Both the position numbers and the translations under genes were made by a program. Positions 54,081-64,000 of a DNA stretch of 64,000 nt are shown here, one piece after another (positions within the stretch are counted from its first letter, which is position 1; each line of letters begins with the position of its first letter). Location: the NCBI GenBank assembly GCA_012295275.1, contig CM022672.1, positions 12,958,001 to 13,022,000 on the forward strand, written 5' to 3'. The notes beneath the pieces are model-generated. The model made no database searches. It saw only the letters and a list, made by a program, of their open reading frames with translations, and was not told the DNA's origin. Source of the stretch: Chrysomallon squamiferum (lineage: Eukaryota > Animalia > Mollusca).

Positions 54081-54569
54081 AAGCAAAAAGGAAACAAATG
54101 GCATAAATACATTTTTTAAATAACGGATTAATAATAATAATAATAATAAATAATAAAAAGTTATTGGATTTACTATCTCTTCGAAACGAATAATTAAATA
54201 AAATAATTAGAAAATATTTTTGTTCAGTTATTTTATTAATTTTTTTTTTTTTCTTTTATTTTATTTTATTGTTGTTTTTTCACTAGAAATAAATATTTAT
54301 TTATTTATTTGATTAATTTATCTTGATTAATGGGTGTGTTCGATCTGTTACAGAAACAGTGTACTGGACAGGCGATATGGAGTCGGGAGTGTCACGTGAC
54401 CAGGTGCTAGAAGTGCTGGGAACTAAGATACGAGAGCCGGATATTCTTCACTGGGGTGTTCAGTGTAATCGCGCTGCCAGGATTCTGTTTCCCGACATTC
54501 AAATGAAACGAAAAGGAAAATATAAATCATATCCTTTTTTCAGTTTTTCTTTCATTCTTTTTATTGTCC

Positions 54570-54626
<57 letters not shown>

Positions 54627-56485
54627 TAATTTATATTATTTATAATACATTTATTATTATTATATTTTTTTTTAATATGTTTTATTTATTTAATATTTAG
54701 ATATATTCTTAGAACTGGATCTGAATTGGTAGTAATGAAATAGTATAAATTTGTTATCAGTTACTTATAGACTGAAAAATGATTTCTGAATTTAGCCTCC
54801 GTAATATTCTATTTTTGCAACAACAAAAAAAAAAAAAATATCAGTTAACTGAAATAGTTTTATTTATTATTATTATTTTTATAAAAACATCACCTTTTAA
54901 TTTTTATTTTTTATTTTTTAATAATATTGAGTTGTACAATACAGTCATTACCAAGTTCTAGAGATGTTTTTGTTGTTATTTAAAAAATAAAGAAAAATAA
55001 ATAAATAAATCGTGCGCATGGAATTTGATAAAATTTTGGCAGCAGCGTTGTTGTTTTTGTTGTTTTTGTTGTTGTTGTTTTTGTTAACTTAAAGGAACAG
55101 TGTTTATTAGCGGTATATTTTTGTGTTTCTAAAACCTTTTAAGTGTGTTAATGCCTAAATGATTTGCTTATTAGTAACTGTCAATCTGCATTTCTAATTA
55201 TAACCTTAACATACAAACTACAGTTTTCTACGGGGTCGAATTTATGAACAGTCTACATAAAAATGTAAGTAGCCTATTTATTGAACTATTTGCTTTTATA
55301 TGTCCATTTTAAAAATAAATAAACAACGACAAAACACATAACGTTATTTAGCCATATTTTCAAAAGGGCGTATCATAAAAGATACTATGATTTTATTGTT
55401 TAAAAATGATGGCAATGAATGGATTCATAATCTTTATTTTTATTTAAAAAATTGTATCCTATTTCTTTCTCTTAAAATTCCCTTCAGTTAATGTTTACAT
55501 TTCAAAATCTTTTAATATTACAGTTTTCAATCATGTATCTCTTGTATTGTATAATATAAAAGTAAACCTGTTAGGCAATTCATGGTCTGCTCTTTTGAAT
55601 TATAAACTATATTACCTTTTCGTTAGCTGGAACTGGAAATTAATCGACTAATGGAGGATTGATCCAGAAATTCATTATTCTCCTGTCCGACACTCGTATT
55701 TAGAAAAATAATAATAAAAAATACAGCTTTAATCTGTTTCTTATTAACTCTATAGTATAACTTAAAATTAAAATATTTTAATTTATTATTTTTTTTTTTT
55801 TTTTTAGTTGACAAGTGTTCTGAAACCAAGACAAATAAGGGGTAATTCCGAATCATCTGATGATGTCACGATGAATGAAACAGAACAAAATGTCATGCCC
55901 CTGCAAGGTGAGTAATTTTTATTATTTTACTGTTACTGTTTTTTAACACTTATTAAATTTGTAAACTTTATTATGCTTGAATTTCACTGAAATTTATTTT
56001 ATAGTTGTTAAGTTATCAAATTATAAAAAAAAAAAAAAATATTTTTGGTTAGTTCAGGTCATTCATTCGTGCAAAAGGTGAGACGAAACTCATATTTATT
56101 TATTCAATTTACAGATTTCTAAATTCATTTTCTATGCCTCAAAAATAAAATAAATTCATATTTTTATTTTCAGGCTGATCCCTGCGTGGATAAACAATGT
56201 CCACGATTTCAACATCACTGGCATAGTTCTGAAAATCAGCAAGAAAGCTCAACACAACCAGTGAATAGTGAAACAAGAAGTGTTTCACCTGGTTCCAAAA
56301 AAGAACAATCGCAGACAGACAGCATAGCAGGGCAGTGTGAATCAAACGTAAACGAAACGAATACAGAACACTTTCCTTTGAATACACCTGACCCTGATAC
56401 TAGCATGGCTTTAAAACCTTGCTCTCCTAAAAACCAGGCTTCATCTAACCTGACCAGTGGTGATGACACGTTGAGACAGATCTGA
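48807..56485 (+). CDS. Uncharacterised zinc-finger protein with two C-terminal RFX-like winged-helix repeats (putative transcriptional repressor)
   Basis: Exons 48807-51414, 52409-52577, 53804-53939, 54354-54528, 55219-55264, then uncertain terminal exon(s) (55627-55662, 55808-55907, 56174-56485). Upstream in-frame stop at 48795. Zn fingers: YKCTLC..HVKQQH, FSCSQC..HVKANH, U1/matrin-like YFCQVC..HCRGIQH, YACSRC..HVSKEH. C-terminal repeats share VSRD..W G..CN.A.R.LFP....RKGKYK.T.F.G.E. One-base frame discrepancy at the end of exon 3 (see findings). Confidence 0.82.
51470..51629. mobile_element. ~160-bp MITE, Tc1/mariner/pogo-like
   Basis: Imperfect terminal inverted repeats CAGTGAAATTTCTCAAAACTGAAC ... 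GTCCAGTTTTGAGAGGTTTCACTC; TA on the left flank; non-coding interior. Confidence 0.7.
52578..53803 (+). other. U12-type (minor spliceosome) intron, GT-AG subtype
   Basis: 5' end GTATCCTTG, branch CCTTAAC at 53789-53795, then ttcaccag; no polypyrimidine tract; phase 2; restores KGKYKK-TYFFG. Confidence 0.9.
54529..55218 (+). other. U12-type (minor spliceosome) intron, AT-AC subtype
   Basis: 5' end ATATCCTTTT, branch CCTTAAC at 55204-55210, then atacaaac; phase 2; restores KGKYKS-TVFYG. An alternative in-frame AC lies at 55220-55221. Confidence 0.92.
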
Positions 56486-57203
56486 GTTCTGTGTGAGATT
56501 TTTAATAACTCATGAACAGTGCAAGAATATTTTTTATTTAATGATGACATTATATATATATATATATATATTTCTTGTTCCTAAGTTTGTCAAGTGTGAT
56601 ATTTCTAAATATGACAGGAATATATTTTTTTCTTTCATCTAAAACAACTTTTAATTAAATTATTAAAAATGTTGATATATTATCATCAGAAACATTAAAA
56701 GTCAGTCTAGTCAAACTGCAAGTCTATTAAATGACAGTTATTTTTGTGATATATCTATACGTATTTATTGTTTCAATATTTTCCATTCAGTGACATATCG
56801 GATTTAAGGTGAACATGCCAACAGATTCGACTTTATACACTGAAATTCATTTGATAACAAACATATCCCTATTTTTAAATTCTTCACATGACCCATGATC
56901 TGAAAATTCACTGTATTATTGTGATCAATACATACCATGTTGTGTTCATGAACAGTACATACCAATAACTTTTATGACATATTTATTAACACAGATTCAT
57001 TATTTATTTTGTTTCATAAAAATACTACTAATATATAACATAACTTAGTTCACTCATCTATATAACAACACAGAAAGAGAAGTTTTTTGGGGTTATATAA
57101 AAATAAATTTATTCTGAAAGCATAATACATTTTGAAAATAATAAAATAATAAAATAGGCTGTACTAGTGATGAATAGTCACAACTCTGACTGTGTTGTTA
57201 ATA

Positions 57204-60200
57204 TTAATCACAACTTGTTTGTAATTCAGCTGATGTATTTTCATGACTGGATGTTTTGTCTAATTCTTCTGTGTGTGCACATTTTCTTTCTACTGTTTTG
57301 TTCAGATGAATATTGTATCTTCTTATTGATTTCCACAAAGCTTCTTCTTCATCTGTAAAAAAAAAAATATATTTTGCCATGAAATAAATACAAGATTTTA
57401 CTTGAATCATTTGTCTGTGTGTTTTTTATATGATTTTCCCCCCTCAAGCATAATGGTCAAGTATATTCATTCCTAAGTCATGAATTTTGCTGTCAATAAC
57501 ATAACATTAATAAAAAGTAATTTTTTTTTTTTTTTTTACTGATTTCTCATAATAAAAATATAAAAAAAGATGCAAATAAAAGCATTTCTTAATACCCCAG
57601 CAGCAATATTCTTATTTAAAAAGTACAAAAAATAATAATAATATCAATTTCAGTATTTACTATAAATTACTTTTGACTCAAATGGCATAATCACCTTTTG
57701 TAATGACACAGTATCTGTCCTCATTACCAGTAAGAACCACAAATATTTTAGGAAATTCCAGAACACATTTTCCAGTTAGGTTGTCATTGATTGATTTATC
57801 TGCTTCAAGTCTGTGAAACCTGTAAAAACAAAAAGTGTTTTTGTTTCTTTAAGTCCAAGCTCACCAAGTCCAGTAATGAATGACTTACAAGATTTTGATG
57901 ATATTTATTGTAAATAATGAAAAAATTTATATTAATTTTTCTCAATAAAAAAGAAAATTAGATTTTATCTTCTGTGATACTAATTATACATTAGTAAAAT
58001 ATATAACATTAAATTTAAATTATTTTTGTAATTTAATACTCAATACAATTTACATTATTAATTTTTGATAATATTGATCCTATTCCTGTTTTAAATATGT
58101 AACTTTGATATACCTCACTTTATTTGCTGGCAATCCTTCAACCTTCATAAACAAATAACAAGATTCCAGCCCAGCCTGGACATACTCCTGTAACTTGTGC
58201 CTTTTTATTGGATCTGAATCTGTTGGGTGTATATATTTCTCAAGTTCTTCTCCTAAGGGAATAGATTCTTTCACACTAAAAAAAATCCACAACATTTTAC
58301 TGTCATAAAAAATTTCTAAAAGCAGAATTACACATTTTATTTCAGATACAGTGATATGGATAAATAGCCTTAATTTATTAACAATATCTTTGTAATTATT
58401 GTTTTATTCATTTATGGACAATAGCATCAGATAATCTTAGAATATGCTAATATAACAAGTCCATGATGATGTATCTTAAAGTGTGATATTTTACATATAA
58501 AAATAAATCCATAACAGAACTTATAAATTTAACAAAAGATCCATACAAGGTTGATGAAACAACAACTTTGCTGTAATTTATTCTAATCAAATGATAAAAT
58601 ATCAATCTTTAATATATAGCTATATTATGCAGCTTTTAGTGTTTACTTATAATCATATAATATGTTAACAAAATCAAATTTTCTAATACCAAATGGTAAA
58701 TATATAATCTTGATCTAATTATTATATTTAACTGCTTACAGTTTGTCTGTGAATGTTTCTCCAGCCTGTGGAAAGCACCATTCAATATGCCACATAATCT
58801 GTTTTTTTCTAAAAATAAAAATAATATACTTATTTAATCTCAAAGAAAATAAAAAACATAATTTAGAATTTCATTTTCTGCTCAGAGTTAATGTTTTTAT
58901 TTATAATTAAGGATTTTTTAAATTGTTTTAATTTGTATTTATTAAAATCAAAATAATAATAATAACAATGCATTTTAAATATGAGTGTGTTTTCTTTACC
59001 AAACTGTCAGTGGAACTCATAAATATTAAATATATATCAAATTATGTCACTTAGCTGTAATTCATTTAAAAGAAAAATTAACCGTACACAGTATTTTTGA
59101 AAAAGATTTTAATTTTGATTAGTAAAACAAAATACCTGAACATATAAAATGTGGAATTAATTTTCCTCTTTGTCATGGGATATGGTAAGAGTTTTAGCTC
59201 AATACCTCGCAGCCTGGCTTGTTTAACAAGCTGGTGTAACTGAATAAAACAAAACAATATGGACATCCCTTAAAATAACACATATACGTGTGGTGTGCGT
59301 ACTGAGAAAAACATTTTAAAATATTTTTTGTTTTCAAGTTATATAAATACATTGACAGTTTAATTAAACAAAATAATCAAATTTGCTCATTTCTAGGTTC
59401 ACTTCCATCTGAGTTAAAGATAACTGCTAAAAGAACATACACAGTTCAGATTCGGAATGTCTGACACAGTTCAAATATTAAACAAACTAAAAATCACTGT
59501 TGAACCTATTTACAAATTTGGTTTCGCTCACAGACTATAGTTGTTTTATTATTGTTAATATAGATATTATAATAATGTTTAAATTATAAAAAGATAAAAT
59601 TTTATTACTCTTTTTGGTATTCGTTTACATTTTGGTAGAAAATCTCTACATGCATTGTCTGCTCTTCTGCCACCTTCTTCCAGAAATCTGTAATCTACAA
59701 GTATTTAAACATGTTTTACTACACAAAGTGAGTGAGTTTGTTTACACAATTATTAACTATATAATATCAAGCTATTTCTACTTCCTTTGACTAACAGTGT
59801 TACAAGGAATGAAAAATTAAAGGAAGATAACCAACATTTTATTTAATGATGCACTCAACATTTGAATAAATAAAGATAAAACAGAAAGAAGATAAACCAG
59901 AATTATATAGAATTAAACCATTTAAAATTATACTAATGCATTTTATAATTGAGGCATAAAGACAATATCAGTAAAAAAAAAATTAAATAATAATTTTGTA
60001 TTATTATTATTATTTCTTTTTTCATAACTACAACATGCTTTTTGGTACAGATGGCACCATGGGTGAAAGTTATAGGTCTGAAACATTATTACCATCTAGA
60101 ATTCCTTTTCTCTGTGTACATACCATTAAGGAGATGGGTGTCTGTGAAACTTTTCACTGCCACATAGCCAGTTTTATCTCGAATTCCACTACAATTTGTG

Positions 60201-60745
60201 TTTTGTTTGTGTTGTTTCACGCAAATTAGACAACAAGTTTCAACAAAACATCGAGGACAACGATACTTTGATGGATTTTCACCACACACAGAACATGATG
60301 GTGTCCTGATAGAGAAGACAGATAATTAGAAGTAACATGTAACTAACAAAGTAACATTCTGTTACATAGCCTACACATTTTTACAGAAAAATATTTTTAT
60401 CAATTGTGTTTTTTACATGTTGAAAATTATATCACCTTGAGTTAATATCACCTAGAATATGGTGTTCTCTTCTGACGTAACCTAATAGTTATATTATTTT
60501 ACTACTAGTAGCCAAGTAGAAGTTTACTAGCAATAGTACATAGTCATGATAGTGATATTCAATGATTCATTGATTCAATTTCAAGGGAAGTAGTACTTCA
60601 AGTATGACTTATTTTTAATACTTTTTTGATATTATATTTCTGCATAATTTAACAAAGTATTTCTTGTGTCAATAATCATTATAAATTACTTTCGTTTCAT
60701 AGACACATCGTCTGCCGAAATATCTACTTCTGTTTCTTCTCCCAT
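57204..60745 (-). CDS. ZNHIT6: Box C/D snoRNA protein 1 (zf-HIT domain protein 6, BCD1), 310 aa, complete
   Basis: Exons 60690-60745, 60124-60305, 59609-59694, 59136-59239, 58740-58808, 58114-58275, 57695-57819, 57204-57352, phases consistent. zf-HIT CSVCGENPSKYRCPRCFVETCCLICVKQHKQNTNCSGIRDKT followed by LLNDYRFLEE, MTKRKINST, IMWHIEWCFP, NLTGKCVLEFPKIFV typical of BCD1. Confidence 0.94.
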
Positions 60746-61445
60746 CTTCGTAATCGTGTTGTTGATATAAATTATGAAAACACGTGTGAATAAGCGTAGC
60801 AAACAAAACACAACTGCGGGATAGTCTAATGTGAAATTGACAGAGAATTAGGACCAGTTCATTAAAATATTAATGTAATAATATAATGATCCCGTTTACA
60901 TCAAATTATAAGGATTTAAGTCAAGAAGAAATGCATTTTACTTTTTTATAAACAAATAAACAACTAAATAAAAAAATGGGAAATGTTGAGAAATCATCGG
61001 AACTCTTTCCAAAAATAAAATCGTTCTTCCCGTCGCCACAGTCCAGTTGCTTTATCATGGTTCGCATTTTAAGTCTTGAATACACTAAACCGGTGACGTT
61101 TTACACAGAGAGCTGTAAAGAGTAAATCGATTAATCAATACCTTTAACAACAAACTTCCCTCCCGCATTTATTATGATGAACATCGGCCATGACATATTA
61201 CGTGATTTATTCAGCAATCACGTTTATCATAAATACAGAGTTACAAGAACAGATACATACATAATATTTTTAGCGGTAAATCTCAGTGATGTTACTGGTT
61301 GTGGTTGAAACAGTTCTGAGACCCTTCGTAAACAACTATCAAGATAATACAGCAGGTCGACCATTCTTTCGGGAGCATAGTCTTTTCTTCGAAAATGTTA
61401 TACTGAGCAGACCATAGAATGATACTGCTTTAAAATCTTATTTCG
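60746..61445. promoter_or_regulatory. Probable bidirectional promoter, ZNHIT6 / GABBR1
   Basis: Only 700 bp between divergent start codons; CpGs retained relative to flanking introns; E-box CACGTG at 60781-60786. Confidence 0.7.
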
Positions 61446-62692
61446 ATGAAAATGGCTTTAATGAACATATTCTGTAAATGTGTTTGTTTAGCATTATTAA
61501 GTTGCATGGTTCTTGGCATCAAGAACAAAACCCTGACTGTTGGAGGTATTTTCCCAATGTCAGGCAGCTGGGCAGGGGGACAGGCATGTCTGCCAGCTGT
61601 ATTAATGGCACTGGAGGATGTTAACAACAGAACTGATATATTGCCAGATTATCACTTGGAAATGGAATATAATGACAGCCAGGTAAAACTGATATATATT
61701 TCTTTGACTGATTAACATGAAAAAAAAAAAAATATATATAATAATAAAGATTTTAAAATAGTATAATTATTTAACTGTACAAGACAACATTCAAATTAAT
61801 ATACACTCTTTGTCATAAACAATCTAAATAATTATCACTTCACTGATGCACCAAAAAATAAAGCATTAAGCTACATTGCCAGATAATAATAATTAAAATA
61901 ATCATTTCCATATTTATATATATTGAAATATAATTTTGAAACCACCCCCATAAATCTTTCATAATAATGTGAATTTTTTTCTAATTATTATTTTTAAAAA
62001 TATTTTTCAGTGTATGCCTGGTCTTGGAACAAAAGTGTTATATCAGTTGCTATATGAACCACCAACCAAAATCATGTTGTTGTCTGGTTGCAGCATAGTT
62101 TCCACATTTGTTGCCCAGGCTGCCAAAATGTGGAATTTAGTTGTGGTGAGATATGTGTATTTTATTAAATATTGATTTTATATACATTTTTTAAATTAAG
62201 AATTTCATCAACCTTTTTACATTATTTATTTATTTTCGATATGAACATTTTCTTTCTCAAAAATATTATATTATCATCAGCAGAACTGATATTTGAATTA
62301 TTTAAAAGATGTTTTTAAATGTAGTTTGCATTATAATTAAAATAAATAATAATGGTAACTAAATAATCACAATATATATTTTTTAACTGTAATATTTTTG
62401 CTACTAACAGAATATTATAATATATTTCATTATGAAATGTGTTATATTTCAGCTTGCTTATGGATCTAGCTCACCAGCTCTGTCAAACAGAGAACGATTC
62501 CCTACATTTTTCAGAACTCATCCATCAGCAACTCTTCATAATCCAATAAGAGTCAAAGTTCTCAAACGATTTCACTGGACTCGAATTGCAACCATCCATG
62601 AAACAGAGGAACTCTTTTCATCTGTACGATTTCTCAGCCATTATTTCTTTATAACTTGGAAAAATGTTACATCTGCACATCTACACATGGAC

Positions 62693-62759
<67 letters not shown>

Positions 62760-63865
62760 TACACATATACATATACATATACATACACACAAACACACAG
62801 ATGCACACACTTACACACACAGAGAACATATACAATTAACACAAGTTATATATAAATTATGAGAAAGTACATTTTTATAGTTCATAGCTTTGATGGAAAT
62901 TTACATTTAGGTGTAAAAAATAATTATGGAAACATTTTTACATCATTTAAAAAAAAATATATTGTGGAACATTTACAGCTAAAAGATTACTTCAGTTAAC
63001 TTAATAGTATATTAATTACATAATATTTTCTGATTGTGATTATGATAATTTTTATAAATATGCTTATAATCACAGCAATTCCCTTTATGTATTTGTATTC
63101 AGTTTAAATGTCAAATTAAATGTAAATTTGTTACTCAAATAGGAGCATTTAATTTTTTCTTAATATTTAATTAACCTCCATCAATGATTAAAATATAATT
63201 CTATAACATTTTTACTTGGAATTATAATACCTGTTTTTAAAACTCAAAATAATTGTAAACATGCCCAGATTTTCATTTATATATAAAAATAACATTAGTA
63301 AATATTATGTATATATTGTACATATTATGCGTGGTACAAGAACTCTGTAAATATATTGATTTACAGACAATAGAAGATCTTGAAACCAGAGTGAAATCAG
63401 CAGGGATTGAGATAGCTATAAGACAAAGTTTTCTCCGAGATCCAGCCAATGCTGTCAGGACTCTGAAGGTAACTTCTGTAATAATGTCAATAGTTCTAAC
63501 ATGTTTATAAAATGAATTCTTCAGTGCTGGTTTTTTTATTATTTTTTTTTTCATCCCTGATGGAAATAGTTAATGCTTGTTTTTTGTCTTGACTAATTGT
63601 CACAAAGCATGTTTTTGTTTAACCTTTTTTCCTTATTGTGGAAATGAACACATAAATAATTCTCTATATTAGTCTGAATGTTCCTTATAAAAAAATGTTG
63701 CTTTGTCCTGTTTAATCATTGTAATTACTGTATGTATGTATGTATGTATTTATTTATATTAATATTATTATTATTATTATTATTATTTTTATTTTTCAGA
63801 AACAGGATGCTCGTATTATTGTTGGTGTATTTTATGAAGATATGGCAAGAAGAGTTTTCTGCCAG
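61446..63865 (+). CDS. GABBR1: GABA-B receptor subunit 1, 5' part (signal peptide and Venus flytrap domain), continues beyond window
   Basis: Exons 61446-61682, 62011-62145, 62453-62623, 63367-63468, 63800-63865. [57 protein letters not shown] and [21 protein letters not shown] are GABA-B1-type; no sushi domains. Confidence 0.96.
62691..62790. repeat. (ACATAC)n hexanucleotide microsatellite in GABBR1 intron
   Basis: Direct reading; source of the HIHIHI/TYTYTY ORFs. Confidence 0.95.
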
Positions 63866-64000
63866 GTGATTGTTTTGCTTCAAAATACATTTACAAAAAC
63901 ATTACATATCTTTGCTTATATTTTAAGTTTTAACAAAGGTCGTTTTAATATTTTATTAAAATAATTTTAAACAACATTACTATTTTAAATACATTTAAAT

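Noticed and set aside
57355-60689. Intronic snoRNAs in ZNHIT6
   Set aside because: Looked for paired C (RTGATGA) and D (CTGA) boxes with terminal stems; none convincing by eye.
62641-62862. MCMCMC / HTHTHT / TYTYTY ORFs
   Set aside because: Hexanucleotide microsatellite in a GABBR1 intron.

Overview
AT-rich, intron-dense animal genomic DNA; repeat style and gene structures suggest a mollusc, probably a gastropod (inference). It is not prokaryotic, so most short ORFs in the track are noise or exon fragments. Four protein-coding genes can be reconstructed by hand. (1) unc-80 (NALCN channelosome subunit), minus strand, ATG at 36553, 51 complete phase-consistent coding exons (~2,840 aa), running off the left edge. 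(2) An unnamed C2H2/U1-type zinc-finger protein (plus strand, ATG 48807) ending in two tandem RFX-like winged-helix repeats. (3) ZNHIT6/BCD1, minus strand, 8 exons, 310 aa. (4) The 5' part of GABA-B receptor subunit 1, plus strand, head-to-head with ZNHIT6. The most striking signal is splicing-level: each winged-helix repeat of the zinc-finger gene is split at the same codon position by a minor-spliceosome (U12) intron, one GT-AG and one AT-AC, i.e. a subtype switch preserved inside one gene. unc-80 has an alternative-splicing hotspot (12.7-17.8 kb) with a candidate 6-nt microexon, a symmetric cassette exon, intronic hairpins and a possible truncating read-through exon, plus two GC-AG introns elsewhere. 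All calls were made by eye without alignments or RNA data.
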